Below, piece after piece: positions 24,301 through 39,300 of a DNA stretch of 64,000 bases. This stretch comes from an uncultured Planctomycetia bacterium (GTDB taxonomy: Bacteria; Omnitrophota; Gorgyraeia; 2-02-FULL-51-18), in NCBI GenBank assembly GCA_964642015.1, contig CAZXLF010000001.1, forward strand, positions 43,946 through 107,945, written 5' to 3'. The notes under the pieces were generated by a model that was not told the origin of the DNA, made no database searches, and saw only the letters and a list, made by a program, of their open reading frames with translations. The position numbers were made by a program, and so were the translations under genes. Every line of letters starts with the position of its first letter. The first letter of the stretch is position 1.

Positions 24301-27300
24301 ATAGAGTCGATGTAGATGTATACGATAAAGAGCATGAAAAGATCTCGATCGGCGTCAATTTCTTTGTTTATGAAAAAGAAAAAATGATCGATGTCACTTC
24401 ATTTGCTCCCGGATTTCCTGAGCCTAGAAACGAAGAAGAGAAGGTCGGGCGCGGGAGAGCTTTGCTCGCGCATATTTTAAGTCCAGAAAAATATGGGAAT
24501 TATCTTGTATTTTCGGATGCTCTACCGAATTTCCGAAGATCGTTCTTGAAGATCCAAGCCTGGAACCCTAAAGCTAGTCTTGGGAAAGGCAAGCCTGAAT
24601 TCTTGGAACAAAAAGGAAGGATTTTAGAGCAGCTAACACTAAAGCGCGCCGATGCCAGATTGATCCAAGCTTTTCAAACGGCAAAAGTTATCGGAGTCAT
24701 ACCCGGAGTAATATCCGGCGCAAGATTGGCCGCCGGGGAGGTGAAAGAAGAAAAAACGGCCTCCGGTGACGGACTTTCATCGAAAACAGTGCGTGGAAAG
24801 ATCGCTTTCTTTTATCCAAAAAGCGCTGAAGAGATACTTTATGCGATCCCGCCTGAGAAGTTAGAGCAATCGCTGGATGAATTTAAAGATCTAATCAGGG
24901 AATTGGAAAGAGCGTTGGGAAATGAAAATACCGATCAAATCGATTATTTGAAGGCGAAATCGGAAAAAATCATCGCTTCTATAGAAGCGCAGATCGCCCA
25001 GGCAAGATCTTCGGCGGTGATCAATCCTGTAGCGCTTTTGATCAATGGAATAAAAGAAGATATTGAGCGGTCGGGCAATGGCGCTGGTGTTCTGTCGCGG
25101 AGCAAATTGGAAAATGTGCTTGACCTGACACGCGCTCAATCGATGGTTTTGTCCAGATTATTTTATTACAAGGACTTCAGCAGCCCCTCTTCATCTGAGT
25201 TGGCGGACGCGATGCGTGCAGCCAATCAAGAACTTGATAATGCCGATCAAATAATAGAGAAGTTCATTGATCAATATGACCAGATGGCTTTAGCTGCACA
25301 AAAAAGAGAAGCGGAGCTGACGAGAATCAAACAAAGTCTCGCCAATTCGATTAAAACCTTAAATCAAGATTTGCAGTCATTACAAGAAGCCAAGACGGCC
25401 CAATTTATGACCCAGAAAGAAATCGCGGACCGCCGGAAAGAAATCACCGAAAGGATCAAAGCCACCGAGGAACAGCTGAAGAAAATTCAAAGTGTTCTTC
25501 AACAGCAAATGAGCATTATCCTGAATTCTTTTAAAATGATGGCCGAGCAAATAAGAACAGAATATTTAGCCGCTGGTCAAACCAGAGAACGCACAAGAAA
25601 TCGTATGGTGGAGAGTAATAGAAATTTTGCAAGCATACTTTACGAGGATAAGTTAGTCAAACAGATGTTCCCGTTAAGAAGGCGCCTCATGGCTGGAGCG
25701 GCACAAGGAAAAACAAGCGACACCTATTTTCTTACAGGCACGAATGATGCTATTGCTCTTTTAAAAGAGATCATCAATGCTTTGGCGTCATCAGCGGAGA
25801 AAGTTTCAGAGACGCACAAGCTGGCCGCAGGAGATCATGAAGAAGATCTGATATTGGTCGTGAAGGATCCGTTAGGTGTAAGCACTTTGAGTCAAATATG
25901 GTCTAAGTACGGCCCGCGCATTAAGGGGGTCATTGCTACTAATGCCACGCGTAATACTCATTGGGTCATTGTTTCTCAGGGTTTTGCCGAACCTCCTGCT
26001 GTTTTGATCGTAAGCGATAAAGAAGCCGCGCAGCGGCTTACGCCTGGATTATCGGGTGATGACGCTATCCTTTTAAGTCAAGCATCCGGCGTCAGCACCG
26101 CTTATGTCAATCCGAGTCCCCAAAGTGTTCGCCACATGGAAATAGAAAATATCCGGCAATCTTTGGAACGCGAATTAGCTCTAAAGAAGAAGAATGATTC
26201 GACAGAATTCCGCATGCAAGCGAACGTTACGCCCGAAAATATCGAAGGATTGGATGAAAACGGAGCGGATGGCGTTGGTTTGGTGCGCACGGAGGATTGG
26301 GGCGCGTCCGTCGAGGCTTTGCTTGAGAAATATCTTGAAGCAACGCCTGAAGAGCGTCTGCTTTTGAGTCATGAGCTGAGGATCGAGCTCGCGAATAGTT
26401 ATGCCAAATTGATCAACCCCTCGCTTGCCGGAAAGGAGATCACATTCCGTACTTTTGATGTCCAGGAAGACAAGAACGAAAAATTCCTTACCAAATTAAA
26501 AAAGGCTGCCCAGAGAATGCCCGAGTTATTGTCAGGTGTCCCAAATATAGCAGGCTTTGATTTTTATAGGACAATGATAGGAAAGCGGATGCTGATCGAA
26601 CAGATCGCCGCGCTTTATACCGCCCAGAGTCGACTTGAAGAGAAAGAAAGGCCGCTTCTTAAGATCATGTTCCCACAAGTGAGGAACAGGGAAGATTTAA
26701 ATTACATCTATCACGAGATTTTACCTCAAGTCAGACTGACTTTAAGACGCTCTGGATTGTCGGCGTCGAGTGTTAACAAACTCACCAGATCCGTTATTTT
26801 TGGCGTCATGATCGAAACCAATGAGTCTCTGCAGAATATCAGTCAAATTTTGGAAAGCCCTCTGACGCGATTTCTAAGTGTCGGAACGAACGATTTGACC
26901 GCAGCGGTGGTTGGTGATTCCGTAGCGCGACTGGCTGCCAAGAGTACCGGCTCTTATGTGCCGGTAACGATCAATCGGGACTTACCGCAATTTGAAGATG
27001 TCTTTTCGAAATTGAATCCTGATGTTTTGCGGGCTCTTAAGAGTTTAGCGGAGGCCGTAGCGATCCACAACCAGACGAGCGGCCGGTCGGTTGAGCTGGG
27101 TTTCTGCGGAGAAATTGCTGGAGCGGACAAATTTTTGATCTTCCTGCTTTATTTGCAAAGGCAGTATGGGATACGGGTCTATTCCAGCATGTCGGCGGGC
27201 CGTATTCCGATGGCCAAATTCATGCTGCGGCAAGCATCGCGTATGAAACAAACCGTATATGCCAAGATATTCGATAGGCTGAGCGCAAGGACGGATCATT

Positions 27301-30300
27301 TCGGGGAGAAATTAGCAAGGGAATTGGTGGCAAATTCCAAGACTTATAAAAAAGAGGTGCTCAATAAAACGAGTGCAAGAGCGGCTGAGATCGAGGAAGC
27401 GGCGAGGCAGCAGGAAATCGCCGCAAGGAATATCGAAAAGATAGAGCTTTCTCAATCTGCCGATCTGTTTGGGGCACAGCCTTTGACAGACGGTGTCAGA
27501 GTATTCAGCAGTCAGATCAGATATACGCCCTTTTTAAACCGGGAACAACGTTTGGGCAATGCGGTGTATTTAGGTTCCTCAAGCTTTGCGCGCGCAGTGC
27601 TGGATGAGATCGTATTGAATGCGCTTGACGCGATGAGACATGCTTCTGAAAATCCTGACCCTTCTGCGGATGTTTCGATAGAGCTTTTCAATGAAGGGTC
27701 GATTCTGAAATTGACCGTGGTACAGGAAGGTGTGACGGATACGGATTGGGAAAAGCTCAAGTCAGTAGCGCAAAATTTTAAGGAACGAGGTACCGGTTAT
27801 CTTATTAGCTTAAGGGGTCTGCAGGGCAGTTCGTTTACTGGTATTTCCCGGGGTAACGGGTTTTATAACCTTGCGATGCTGATGCAGAGAACTCCCGCAT
27901 CCCTGACCTATTCGAAACAAGCCGGTTCGAATACTGTAAAGACAGAACTTATTTTTGATCTTGCGACTTACAATAAGTCCGGCGCACGCCTAGCTTCCTA
28001 TATGCCGTTTCCGCCGGAATTTGAAGGTAAAGAAATAATAAAAATTGGCGGCGAAATAACGCTCCGGGGTCCTGATGGCAAAAGGTCAATTTATGCGCAA
28101 AAGGATACCGCGTCGTTTAATTTTGATCAAAATGGGTTCACGCTCGCTGATCTGCCGTTCAGGATCGTTGCAGAAAAACAAATTAAACCGAAGAGCGAAG
28201 AACAAAAAGCCGGGCCTCAGGTCGCTAATGTCGAATACATTTTAGAGGCCTACGGCAGAGATAAGCAGTGGCACCGTCTGTTCGATGTTGATCTTCAAAA
28301 AGACAATCCGATCGCTATTTATCGCGGGGCAAGGCCTGAGAATCTGACCCCTCAGGGTTTCGAGCCGAATCATTTTGTTGACGGCGACGGGAATATTTAT
28401 ATTGATCTCGAAAAAGGGCCAACGGTGACCGGCGATCGAACATCGATCGCTTTTATTGCGAATGGTTTTAAACCAACTACTGTTTTACTGCCTATAGATT
28501 TGAGTTCAAATTTAATATCCAGACAGCGTATTTTAAGCAAAGGAGAGTATGTTCGCGGAAGGGACACGATCCGTCCAGGTGCCGAAAAAAGGTCATATGG
28601 TACTTACGCTTCCGATAAGGGTGAACGATTTGTCGTGTTTCCCGATTATAACCAACCGGCACACGCTGTTTTAACGGTCTTAGGCCCTGGCATTGCGCGT
28701 TTGGCAGATCTTGGAAGTATGAACGGAGCCTATATTTATCCGTTCGCGAAAAATAAACAAGCTGTTGTCGAGGCATCAGAGATCATTGAGCTGGTCTCGC
28801 GGGAGGGAGAGTCGCAATTTATTCTGCGTTCCCAATTAAATGAGAATTTAGATGAACTGTATTCCAATAATTCGATCCCGATCATCAGAAACGACAATCC
28901 TCAACAAAAATTCAAGGTCCAAGAGGCTCAGATCTACACCGCTTATGCTTCGATTGGAGAGCAGATCTTTGAACGGAAATTCTTTAAGGTAGAAGGTGGT
29001 TCTTTATTTGAATGGTCTCCGTCGGGTTGGCAGGCAAATCCTGGCAATAGACTGTTAGGCGGCGACGCTCCGCTTGAAGGCCAGAGATTCTTGAAAGAAA
29101 AAGACAGAAGCTTGGCGCCTTCCTATTTGATCCGATTATCCGACACAGAGGCCAATGTTATTATTATAAAAAGTTTTTCTGAAAGAGTTGTGATCAGGCC
29201 GGCGAATGATGATGAGAAGCGAAATCTCTCAGGCGCGCGATTGGCTTTGGGCAATATCGATCTGCATCTTCCTCAGAACGTGGAAGCTTCTACGGCAGCG
29301 CAACTTGAAGGCCTTCTTCTGCAATTAAAAGGTCTGCTCACAGCTTTTTATCGCAACACTTCGAAGAGCAGAGATTACAATTACCAGAAATTACTTGAAG
29401 TTTCGGCGAAGATCGAGGATATCGAAGAGTCTCTCGGGCTTAAATATGTCGATGAACGTTTTTGGGTTTCCAAGACATGGGAGACGACTACAGGTCCTCA
29501 GACCTATTTTAAGATTCATCCTTACCACAATGGTTTTCTGCCCGGCGTGCATTTTTTAGAACGCGAAAATGAGGCGATAGAGAGGATCAGGGAACGGGTG
29601 AGTGCGATCCGGAATACGCGTGGTAAAGATGAAATCGTCACACTAGCCATTGGCGGCCGGCCGGGAGTGGGTAAAACAACTTTCGCAGAAAGAATTCGGT
29701 CGAGCGGTCTTGAAGGATTATATGATGCGTCCGAGATCAAGGTTATCAATGTCGATAATTTCCTTGTGAACATCAATGCCGAACAGGTGGTGAATTTTTC
29801 TGATATTGAATATCAGATGAATTACCAGAAGGACCCCGAGATAAAACTAGTTGTTGTCGAAGGAACTCATTGGAGCCAGGTCTTTAATAAGTCGCGAGCA
29901 GTCGGTAATGCCAAAATTTTTGAGAGTAAACCGGACGTTTTTGTTTTCTTGGGTCTTGTCGATGAAGCGACCCGTTGGCACCGCATCTACGGACGCGAGA
30001 CAGATTTTGACCGTTACACGCGGCTTGAGCACTTCTTAAAAATGGCGATCCCGAGGAATATTTATGACCGTTACATCGGTATTGATGCGGAGTCTTTGAG
30101 CGCGGATGTCGTCTTGAATTATGAATCCAGGATCAGAGAAGAAAACGGCGCAAGACTGGCGGAACAGGATCTCAAGGATGCCATCGCGGAATTAAAAGCG
30201 ATCCAGGATATTTTGGGTACAACGCTTGAAGCGGTAGGTCATGGCGATATATTGCGAGCACTGTCTTTGTCGGACAGTGAGAAAGAATTTTTAGAGAGTC

Positions 30301-33300
30301 TATCAGAGATCATCTCGCGGGCAGAAAGCATTGCGAATGTGATGCGGGGACCGGAAGGTAAGCTTTTATATCCTCTATTTGAACCAATTTCCGGTTTCTT
30401 GATGAGTTTTTCCAACAGGATCGGCAGTTATCCGTTCCCTATCCAAGGCGTTTCCAAAGGAGCCGGCGGGATACTTTTTGTTTCCGACCGCCGGGAAGAG
30501 CTAGCAGATCTTTTTAGGCGCGCGTCCTATCATATGGATCTTTGGGTTTCCGGCCAGTCTCAGACAGCTGCATCGCTTCGGAATCCTTATGTCGCGGCGA
30601 AAAATGTCACGAGAACATTTGGTAGTGATGATGACATTGTCGGCCGTCGCATATCAAAAACGATCGGAGAGGTCCTTAAAACCAAACCGACAGCGGATGT
30701 GCTGATCATCGGTGCAGGAGCCGGCGAGATCGTGCGCACACTTGAGAATAAATACGGGAAGAAAGTGCACGTGACAGCGATCAATAAAGAAGCCGTGAAA
30801 ATATCGCCTGAAAAATATCTTCAAACAATACAAAGCCGGACAAGTCTTGCAAAGATCACGGAGTTTCTCGATCGTTTTAACCGTGATGTGATTATTCAGG
30901 ATGTTGATGGTAATCTGGCTATTGAAGGCAAGAGGGATGTGATCATTGTTTCATTTGAAACGCTGCGTTATATCAAAAATAAATTCCATCTGATCGCCCA
31001 AGCCAAAGAACTTTTGCGCAAAGACGGCGGACTATTTGTTATTGGAGGGCTCGACCTTATCACTTTGGAGTTATGGAAAGGTAAACGACGAACGAACCCA
31101 GATTGGTCTATAGAATCGTTTTTGAGTTTGATGAATGCAGAACATCGCGAGCCTCAATACGAGTATTTGCCTTATAAACACAGTTTAATTTTGACCAATC
31201 GTTATCCTGAGTCAACGTTCATGGACCTGCCTTTGATCGATTCAAAAGTGCGGCCTGATTTTGCTACTGATGACGGCGGGCAACAACAGCCTTTACCTCC
31301 CACCTATCAGGTCGTGTACAAATTCGATTCTTCAGGCGCCAGATTAGCGGCTGAGAAGGATCCCATGGATGAAGCGATGTCGGCCGTTCAGACTGCATTG
31401 CAAAATGTGATCAACGGCAACCGCGTTCTCTTTGAATTGGCTACGGGCCAAGCGAATGAATTGAAATTATTAACGGGTATGCAATTAGGAATGCTGGCAC
31501 GTCTCCATAAGAGTGGTCCTATTGTTCGTGATCTTCAACTGTTAAAAAATAACCCTCAAGATGCGGGCATTCGCGCGCGGGTTGTTTCCACGATTCAGGA
31601 AGTAAAAGCATCGGCGCAAAAATTGATTCAGGAATTCGAAGCGGTGCCCGAAAAAGCTCCCACGTTTGAATTTAATATTTTTAAAACCGAATATGGATTG
31701 GCGATAGCCAAGCTGGATGAAGCGTTGATCACTTTAGGCATCTCTCAAGGCGCGCGTCTTGCTGTATCTGAAGAGCCTGAAAATCAGGTCATTCCATTCC
31801 GCACAAAGAGGGTCGGCCCCAAAGGAGAATCGCCGGAGGAACGTTTGAGGTTTTATCAGGCGGAAGACGATGCGATCAACGCATTTTGGAAACAGCTTGA
31901 TCCAAAGAAAAATAAGGAAACCGACTATGCTCGCATTATTGAATCTCTGAATGCTGAATTCCGGAAAGCTCATCCGGAAGACGGAGCTTCACAGGTGATC
32001 AAGATAGGAAGTATTAAGGAGTTGACCCGATTTACCGAAGAGTTTCTCGGATATTATGAGCCTCGTTTGTTGCGAGGTTACGGAAAGCTTTATCATGCGA
32101 TCTGGTATTTGATCGAAAATGTTTGGCAGCATGCCGATGATTATGGGGCATTGATCATCAGGGCTCATGAAACGCGCGATGGACGAATTTCTTTTGTTGT
32201 GACCTTGCTTGATCGGGGCCAAGGTTTTGTGCGATGGGACGGCAGGCATGCGCCGATCCATCAAGCGGTACGTCAATTTACAAAATTGGGCAAGGGCGGG
32301 AACGCGGGTAATGGCCTGGCGAACACGGTACAAGATGCAAATTATATATCGATCCTGCAGATGAATAAACAGAAAGGCCTGACCTATTGGGAAAGAAATC
32401 CGGGTATAGTTAAAAATTGGACTGAATACCTGATCGAAAAGAAATTGCCTGATTCACAATCACCGGTAGAAACGGGAACAAAAGTCGTATTCATCATGAA
32501 TGATCTCCCGATCACTCCTCCTCAGCTCTATTTGAAAGCCGGCGCAAGACTTGCAAGCCGTGATCTTGGGTCTTTACGGAACCAGGTAAACTTTTTGGCG
32601 GGTGAAGTAAGAGCGCTTTTAAGAGAATTGAGACAGAATCAGGGAGCCTTAGATGAGACGATCGTGAACTATGCGAGGACTAAAGAACCCGGCATTGCGT
32701 GGACTCCGGCCTTAATTAAATACCGGACGGAGATAGAACAGCTTTTGAGCAGGTCTCGCGAGCAGCTTTTGCGTGCGAACCGTTTATTTGGATATGGACG
32801 CGATTATCAAGCGGTCTCTCAACTATTAAAGGCCTATGATGTCATCCAAGTGGAAATTGGTTTGTTTGTGAGGAAAATGTCGGAAGTCAAACAATCGGAA
32901 TACCGGCACTTGTCAGGCCGTTTCAATGAGGATTTTTCTTTTGACGAATTGCTGAATGACGTTGCGCAGTACCAGTATGAACATGGAAATCCTTATATTG
33001 CATATCGTTTGCACCTTCACGCCGCTTTAACGTGGTTCGATCAGATGGACCATACGTTGAGAGGAGTTTATTTCAAGAGACGTGTTGCTGATGTCAACCG
33101 TGTGCGTTTGGTAAAAGTCTCTCAAAAACTCATCGACAGCATCTTCAAGGCTTGGAAGCACTTGAAAGAAATCAAAGACGATGATCAAGATCAAAAGCGT
33201 TTCTTGAATATCCTTTTGCCTCAGCTGATAAGGCAATCTGATAGAATCCGTGAAAGTGTTGTAAGTAGCCAGAATGTATTTAGAGATGTCTTAAGTGATT

Positions 33301-36300
33301 TTACCCATGAGGATGGTTATCTTTATAAAGGTGCTCGTCAACTTTTAGCGATACAAACATTGCACGAAGAAGCCGGTGGCGGTGCAGCCCAGGGAGCAAG
33401 ACTTTCTTGGTTTAAAGAAGCATGGAACAAAATAAAGAATGTGTTAGTAAATCCGTTTACTGGCCCTGTAAATCTGGAGGATAATGCGGACTTTATTTTG
33501 CAACAACCAGTTCCGGGGCAAGCGGCGAATCGTCTGCCCAATACCGTAGAATTTACCCCACAGGATTTGACACCGCTTCGGATCTGGCAATGGTTGGAAA
33601 ACAACGGTACGATACGAGCGCTGGGCGAGGTGAATCTAGGTCTCGGCAGTCAGATCCAGCTCCAGATCCATCACTATGCGGCCAGAGGCGATCGTGTTTT
33701 TTCACCGGCCGATTTTAAGGATTATTTACGCGATAATATTGAGACTGAACCTTCGCTGATCGAGTTGAATCAAAATTATCGGGAAACCTTAGCTCGGTTG
33801 CAAGAAGCTTCAGAGCCCTACTTATTGAGCTTATATGTGCCTTTTGCCCGCGCGATTCAGCTAAACCCGGATATTTATAACTCTAAGCTCTTAGGTCGCT
33901 TTGGAAGCAGTTGGAACAACGCCATCCAAAATTTCCTTAAACAAGAAAACATCGCACCTGATCTGAACGTGGATCAATTGTATCCCATATTGTGGAGGAT
34001 CACACATGACAGCAAGCAAGGTGAGACCGCCAGGAAGCGTATGGCCGAAATGATTATCGATTCATTAGGTGTTGATCGGAGAGCGGTCCTTTATTCTCAG
34101 GTACAAGGGAAGTCATTTGTGCAACTTATAAACGAGGTCATGCCGCAGAATACATTTGAGGAGCTGGATAACTCTCTTAACCAGACCGGAGCCAGACTTG
34201 CCGGCCGGCCGGGTGAGGAACCTGAGAAAAAACTAACGAAACTTGATGCATTTCTGATCCGGATATCGCCGTTCCTGATCGCATCCATGATCGATTATGT
34301 CGTCTATGAAAAGATCCAAGCGGCTCAGAATGCTTCGCTCGTTTATTATTTGATCCATGCCGGCATAGCTGCAGCGTCCTCGATCGGCGCAGTATTTGCT
34401 TGGCGGTATTTAGGCCGCGTTTTAAAGGATAAAGCATCATTATTCCAAAATGAGCAAATCAAGGCAGCGGAAAAAGAAGCCAAATTCCGGGAACTGCGGG
34501 GCAAGCTCGATGAATTTGAGAAAGTTTTAGGAGGTCTGATCGACTCGATGCCGGAAGATGGCGAATTGACGTCGCTGCCGTTCGAACTGCGAGACCTGAG
34601 AACGCAGATCAGGATATTGAGGCCATACGTTACTTCGAACAGGCAACAGGAAGCTCTCAAAGAGATTTTTAATCTATGGACAAAAAATATTCCTAATCTT
34701 CAGGATCAGATCGTCATGATCCGCCAGCAGTCTTTTAGAAACGATCTGGCACGTTTTGCGGGAGCGATCGGGGATGTTCGGATCCCGGAACTTAAATCGC
34801 TTCTTAATCAATGGAGTTTATTGGCAGAATGGGAGATAAGTTATCGTTTGCATGCCAGCGTAGCATCTTTCCATCTGAACGCCGCGATCCAGCAGCTCTA
34901 CAACAGAGCGTTCCCAGGAGTTGCGACCGAGTACAAAATGGATTTGCGCGAGATCAGAAACGAAGTCAACCATTCACTAGGACCCGCGGAGCAAGATTTT
35001 AACTGGAGAGCCAGATACGACCTTTCTTATATGTACTGGGTCGGCCAATTGAAAAAACTGATTCCGGATATCCGTGATGATCAGATACTTTCTGACAGAC
35101 TTCGGCAGTCGTTGACCGGAGAAAATAGCGGCGTGCTTTACCGCGTACTCGAACAGTTCGAGCAATTGGAGATCCGATATGAAAACGAGCCTTACCCTCC
35201 TGCCGGCGCGCGGCTTGCGGCGGATAGAGCAGAAAAGGATCGCCAAGTTCGATCAAAGTATTTGGAGCTTATCCGCCAGGCTGTTAATCCCAATCAAGAA
35301 AATAAAGTAGGTTTGTATATCAACGCCGGGTCCAATGTTTATGATCCATTATTAGCTACGAATGCGACCGTTCTTATTATGACGGATCAGCTGGCTTTCC
35401 ATCCTGCCAATAGAGAAAGAACCTTGACGCCGGAACAAACCGGAAAAGTTTATGATTTGGCGGAATTTCCTGTCATGGCCGAAGACGCTCTGAAAGCCTT
35501 TACAGATAGCGGTGGCACTTTATATGAACTTTTCCTTTTATCACTTCATAAACTCGGCGTACCTACGGAATCGATTCAACCCGAACGAATTGAACCGGAA
35601 GTAACGGATCGGGATGATTGGAAGATCACATTCACATGGCGCCATCCATCGGAGAGCGTTGCCCGAGAACGTACTATTTATTTTTTGGGTTCAAGGAATT
35701 TGACAAATTTGAGAGCTGAGAACTTGCCCGAGCCGGTTCTTTTGTTGATCAGGAACAATGGCGGTTTGGATCTATTCATAGAAAAGGCACCGAATTATTA
35801 CGGCGAGTATCTGCGTCATGAACATTTTGCTTTCTTCCCTCGAGCCCTGATTCAGGCTGTCAATGATCTGAAAGCAGCTCTTTTAAAACGCGGAGCCTAT
35901 CTGCTCGGGGATAATGAACAATCTTCCGCATTTCCTTCATCGAATACTGCGCTCTTGGGAGCTAACTCCGATTTTGCCTGGATCAAGAAAACATGGGCGT
36001 TGTGGTTGGCGGAATGGAAATTTACGTGGCGCAGAGGTTATTTTGAGTCGCAAGTACAATGGGGGAATGGCAGTCTTGAGCTGGTCCAAAGGCAGAGAGG
36101 AACACCGACCATCTTGACTCAGGGTGGCGCGACCGGAGCGCGTCTGGCTGAATCTACTGTGTCTGGCGTCAAGCCCGCGCTGTTTTCACATCCGATCCTA
36201 AGTTCGATCGTTTTATTGAAACGTCTAGGCCTATCGGGGAACTTTTTTACCCATGCTGAAAATCGCCTGCTTGCGCTGAATCAATCTGAGAGAGCGCTTT

Positions 36301-39300
36301 CTCAGTGGGCAATTTCTTATAACCAATTCAGCGCTGCCTATAGAAAGTCATCCGGACCGACAGCTATATTCGCAGAAAAGCCCGCGGTTTTTTCGTACGT
36401 ACCCGGAAGACAATTTAACGATACCGAACTTAAAGAGCCATTTAAACAAGGAAACGATGTTGTTGTCGGAGAAAATAATATTGTATTTGTACCTTCGGAA
36501 TATTTATCGCCTGATCGCGTACTAATGACTTCGCATGTTCGAAATTGTTGTTATGTTTTTGGATTGCTGACCACACCTGACAACAGAACCGTCGTGATGC
36601 TTTCGCATGAGCTGCCTGGCCTTTTCCAAAGGATCACGGGGCAATCTTTAGAGTATTTGTTCAGAAGCGGGGCCATCGTAAAAGCCAGTTTATTTGTAAG
36701 CCCGCAAAATGTAAGAGAGGAAGCGGCTATTCGGCAGTCGATCGAGGATATAAGAACGAATAATCCGGCTTTTGAGTTATCTTCCGAAATGGGTTTCCAC
36801 AAGTATGGTGTTGCTGTTACCGCTACCAGAACGAAGGAAGGGCAGAGCGCTTGGATTCATGCGCATGAGTGGAGCTTTATGCATGTAGCCAAGCCGATGT
36901 ATGAAGCGGTGAATTTTAGCAGAGGTTGGGCGCGAGTTATCCGTGAAGAAAAAGAAATCGGCATCGCGCAATCCGCCCAGGGAGAGAAAACCGTCTCCCG
37001 ATCAGGAGTGCGGCTCGCTACAATAGAAAAGCCGAGCTTTGCGCCTGCCAGAATTAGTGAGCAAGCGGCGCCCTATGCCAATCTGGCGGGTGCGCGTCTG
37101 GCTGAAGTATCTGCCGAAGAATTGAGGGCAGCCGAGCAAAGACTCGATAGGATCTTTACTGACGATCTCAGCGCTGATGAAGTATTGGCAATCCTTCGGT
37201 CGGCTGATCAGGAATTGAGAGCGGCGCCATTTAAAGATGTTCATTCCGGCGAGGCGCGACGAGTGATCGTTTTTGGCGATGTGCACGGTCATAATGAAAA
37301 CCTTTCCTATATTCTCAAGACTCATCTCAGAGAGATCTTGAGCGGCGAAGCGATCCTTGTATCTTTGGGTGATCTTTTGCATCCTCGGAGATCTTCACTG
37401 ATAAGTCATCAGGATAGTTTACGGTCTCTGCTTGCTATTCTTTCGCTCGTACCCTTTGCGCCGAATAATATTCATATCGTTCTTGCAGATCATGAAAATG
37501 CACATGCGGGTGGAGACGATGTTTCTGCCGGAAGAGCCATACAGAATTTTGGTTTTACGATGGAGATGGGGAAGATATACGGCGCACGGGCTGATGAACA
37601 AATAGAAAGTTTGCTTTCGGACGTCATTGAGAAGTTCCCCGCTGTTTTGCGTATTCAAAACGACCAACCAAAAGGCAGTTCGGATCTCGTGTTTTTACAT
37701 GGTGATGCTCCAAGGGTCAACGCACGCGATGATCTTGATCATATTTTTGAAAGAGGAAGAAAGACTAAGGACGGCGAAAACCCCGCTCTCAGGTTTGTTC
37801 TTTGGGGCAGAGACTTTGACACGGCCACAAGGACAAGATTTCTTAGCACGTTGACACGCAACGAAAAATCGACACCGATCCTTTTTTCGGGACACACTCC
37901 TCCGGTGCCGGAATATTTCGAAGGTTTACAGGCCAGGATTTACAAAAATCAGTCTGTAGCGATTACTCAAGATCAAAAGCAGATTATTTTAGACCTTTCA
38001 AAAGAAGGAGAATTTACTTACGTGGCGCTCGATTTGAATCAGCCTTTCCAAGGAAGTCCTGTTTCGTGGACGAATGCAGACAATCAGCCGGCACTCAAAT
38101 ATGTGCGGATCGCCAGCGATCAAATATCCGGCGCCTACACTAAAAAAGACCGCCTTTATCCTAACGGCCAGGAATCAATCTATATAAGCCAGGGGACTAC
38201 GAAGATCGTTTTGATCGGCGGTGACCGTTTTGTGATAAGAAGGCCTAAAGAAGACGCTATCGTCTATCAGCGTGACGGCGAAAGAGGGACAACGGTGCGT
38301 TCGGGAGAAAAATCTCTTTATACCAGGATCAACGAAGCGCCCGGAAAATCCACGATCCAAATAGGATGGGAATCATTAAAAGACAATATCAGGAAATTAT
38401 TTACGAAAATGCCTATTCCGCTTAGACCTGGACAGTCGATCGCTTATCAGTTCAATTTAAGTTTTGCTCATGGCACTGCTGTGATTCATAACATTTCGGG
38501 CCGCATCATAGAGTTCCGCCTAGAACAAGAAAGGCTGGTCCCTCTAATTCTTGAAACCAAAGACGAAATTAAATTAGCTAATTTCTTAATCCACGCGCAA
38601 TTGGCGACGGACGACCAAAATCGCGAAACCATCACATTTTCGGTAAAAGACCAAAATGGAAATGTCGTGCAAGGTTTTCCGCGTGAGTTCACAGGTCAGA
38701 TAAGCTTCACAATAGGCAGAGAACAAGATAATGATATCGTTATCAGCTCGAACGTCGTTAGCGGGCACCACGCCCGAATTTATAAGTCGCCTGCCGGTTG
38801 GTTTGCAGAAGACCTGGGATCAAGGAACGGCACATTTGTGAATGGACTGCCTGTGAGGGAGCCTCAAAGTCTTACGATTGGTACTTTGCAAAGACCGACT
38901 GGAGCGCGGCTTGCGAGCGCTGTCTTAAGTCGAGAGATCTCGCCGTCGGAAGTAACTCAGCGATTTGAAGCAGTTCGAAATAATGCTGCTGGAAATATTT
39001 TAATCGGACTGATCAGGAACAATGGGAAGATCGAGCCGGTTTTCTCGGACACAGCCAGTTTTAAGAGCATGAGAAGTGATCTCGAAGAGCAGGCGGTGGG
39101 GTGGAATCCTAACCGATCCGCTAAAAAAGTGCCTTTGGAATCGCATCATCTGGGACGGACCTTTTTATCCATCAACAAAGGATCTCAGTGGCAGGCATTG
39201 CCGGAGGATATCCGTGAGCTATTTGAGCAGGGAAATTTCTTGATCACTTCAAAGGAAACCAAAAGCCGCTATTCATTATTCATGAGTCAAACCGACAATG

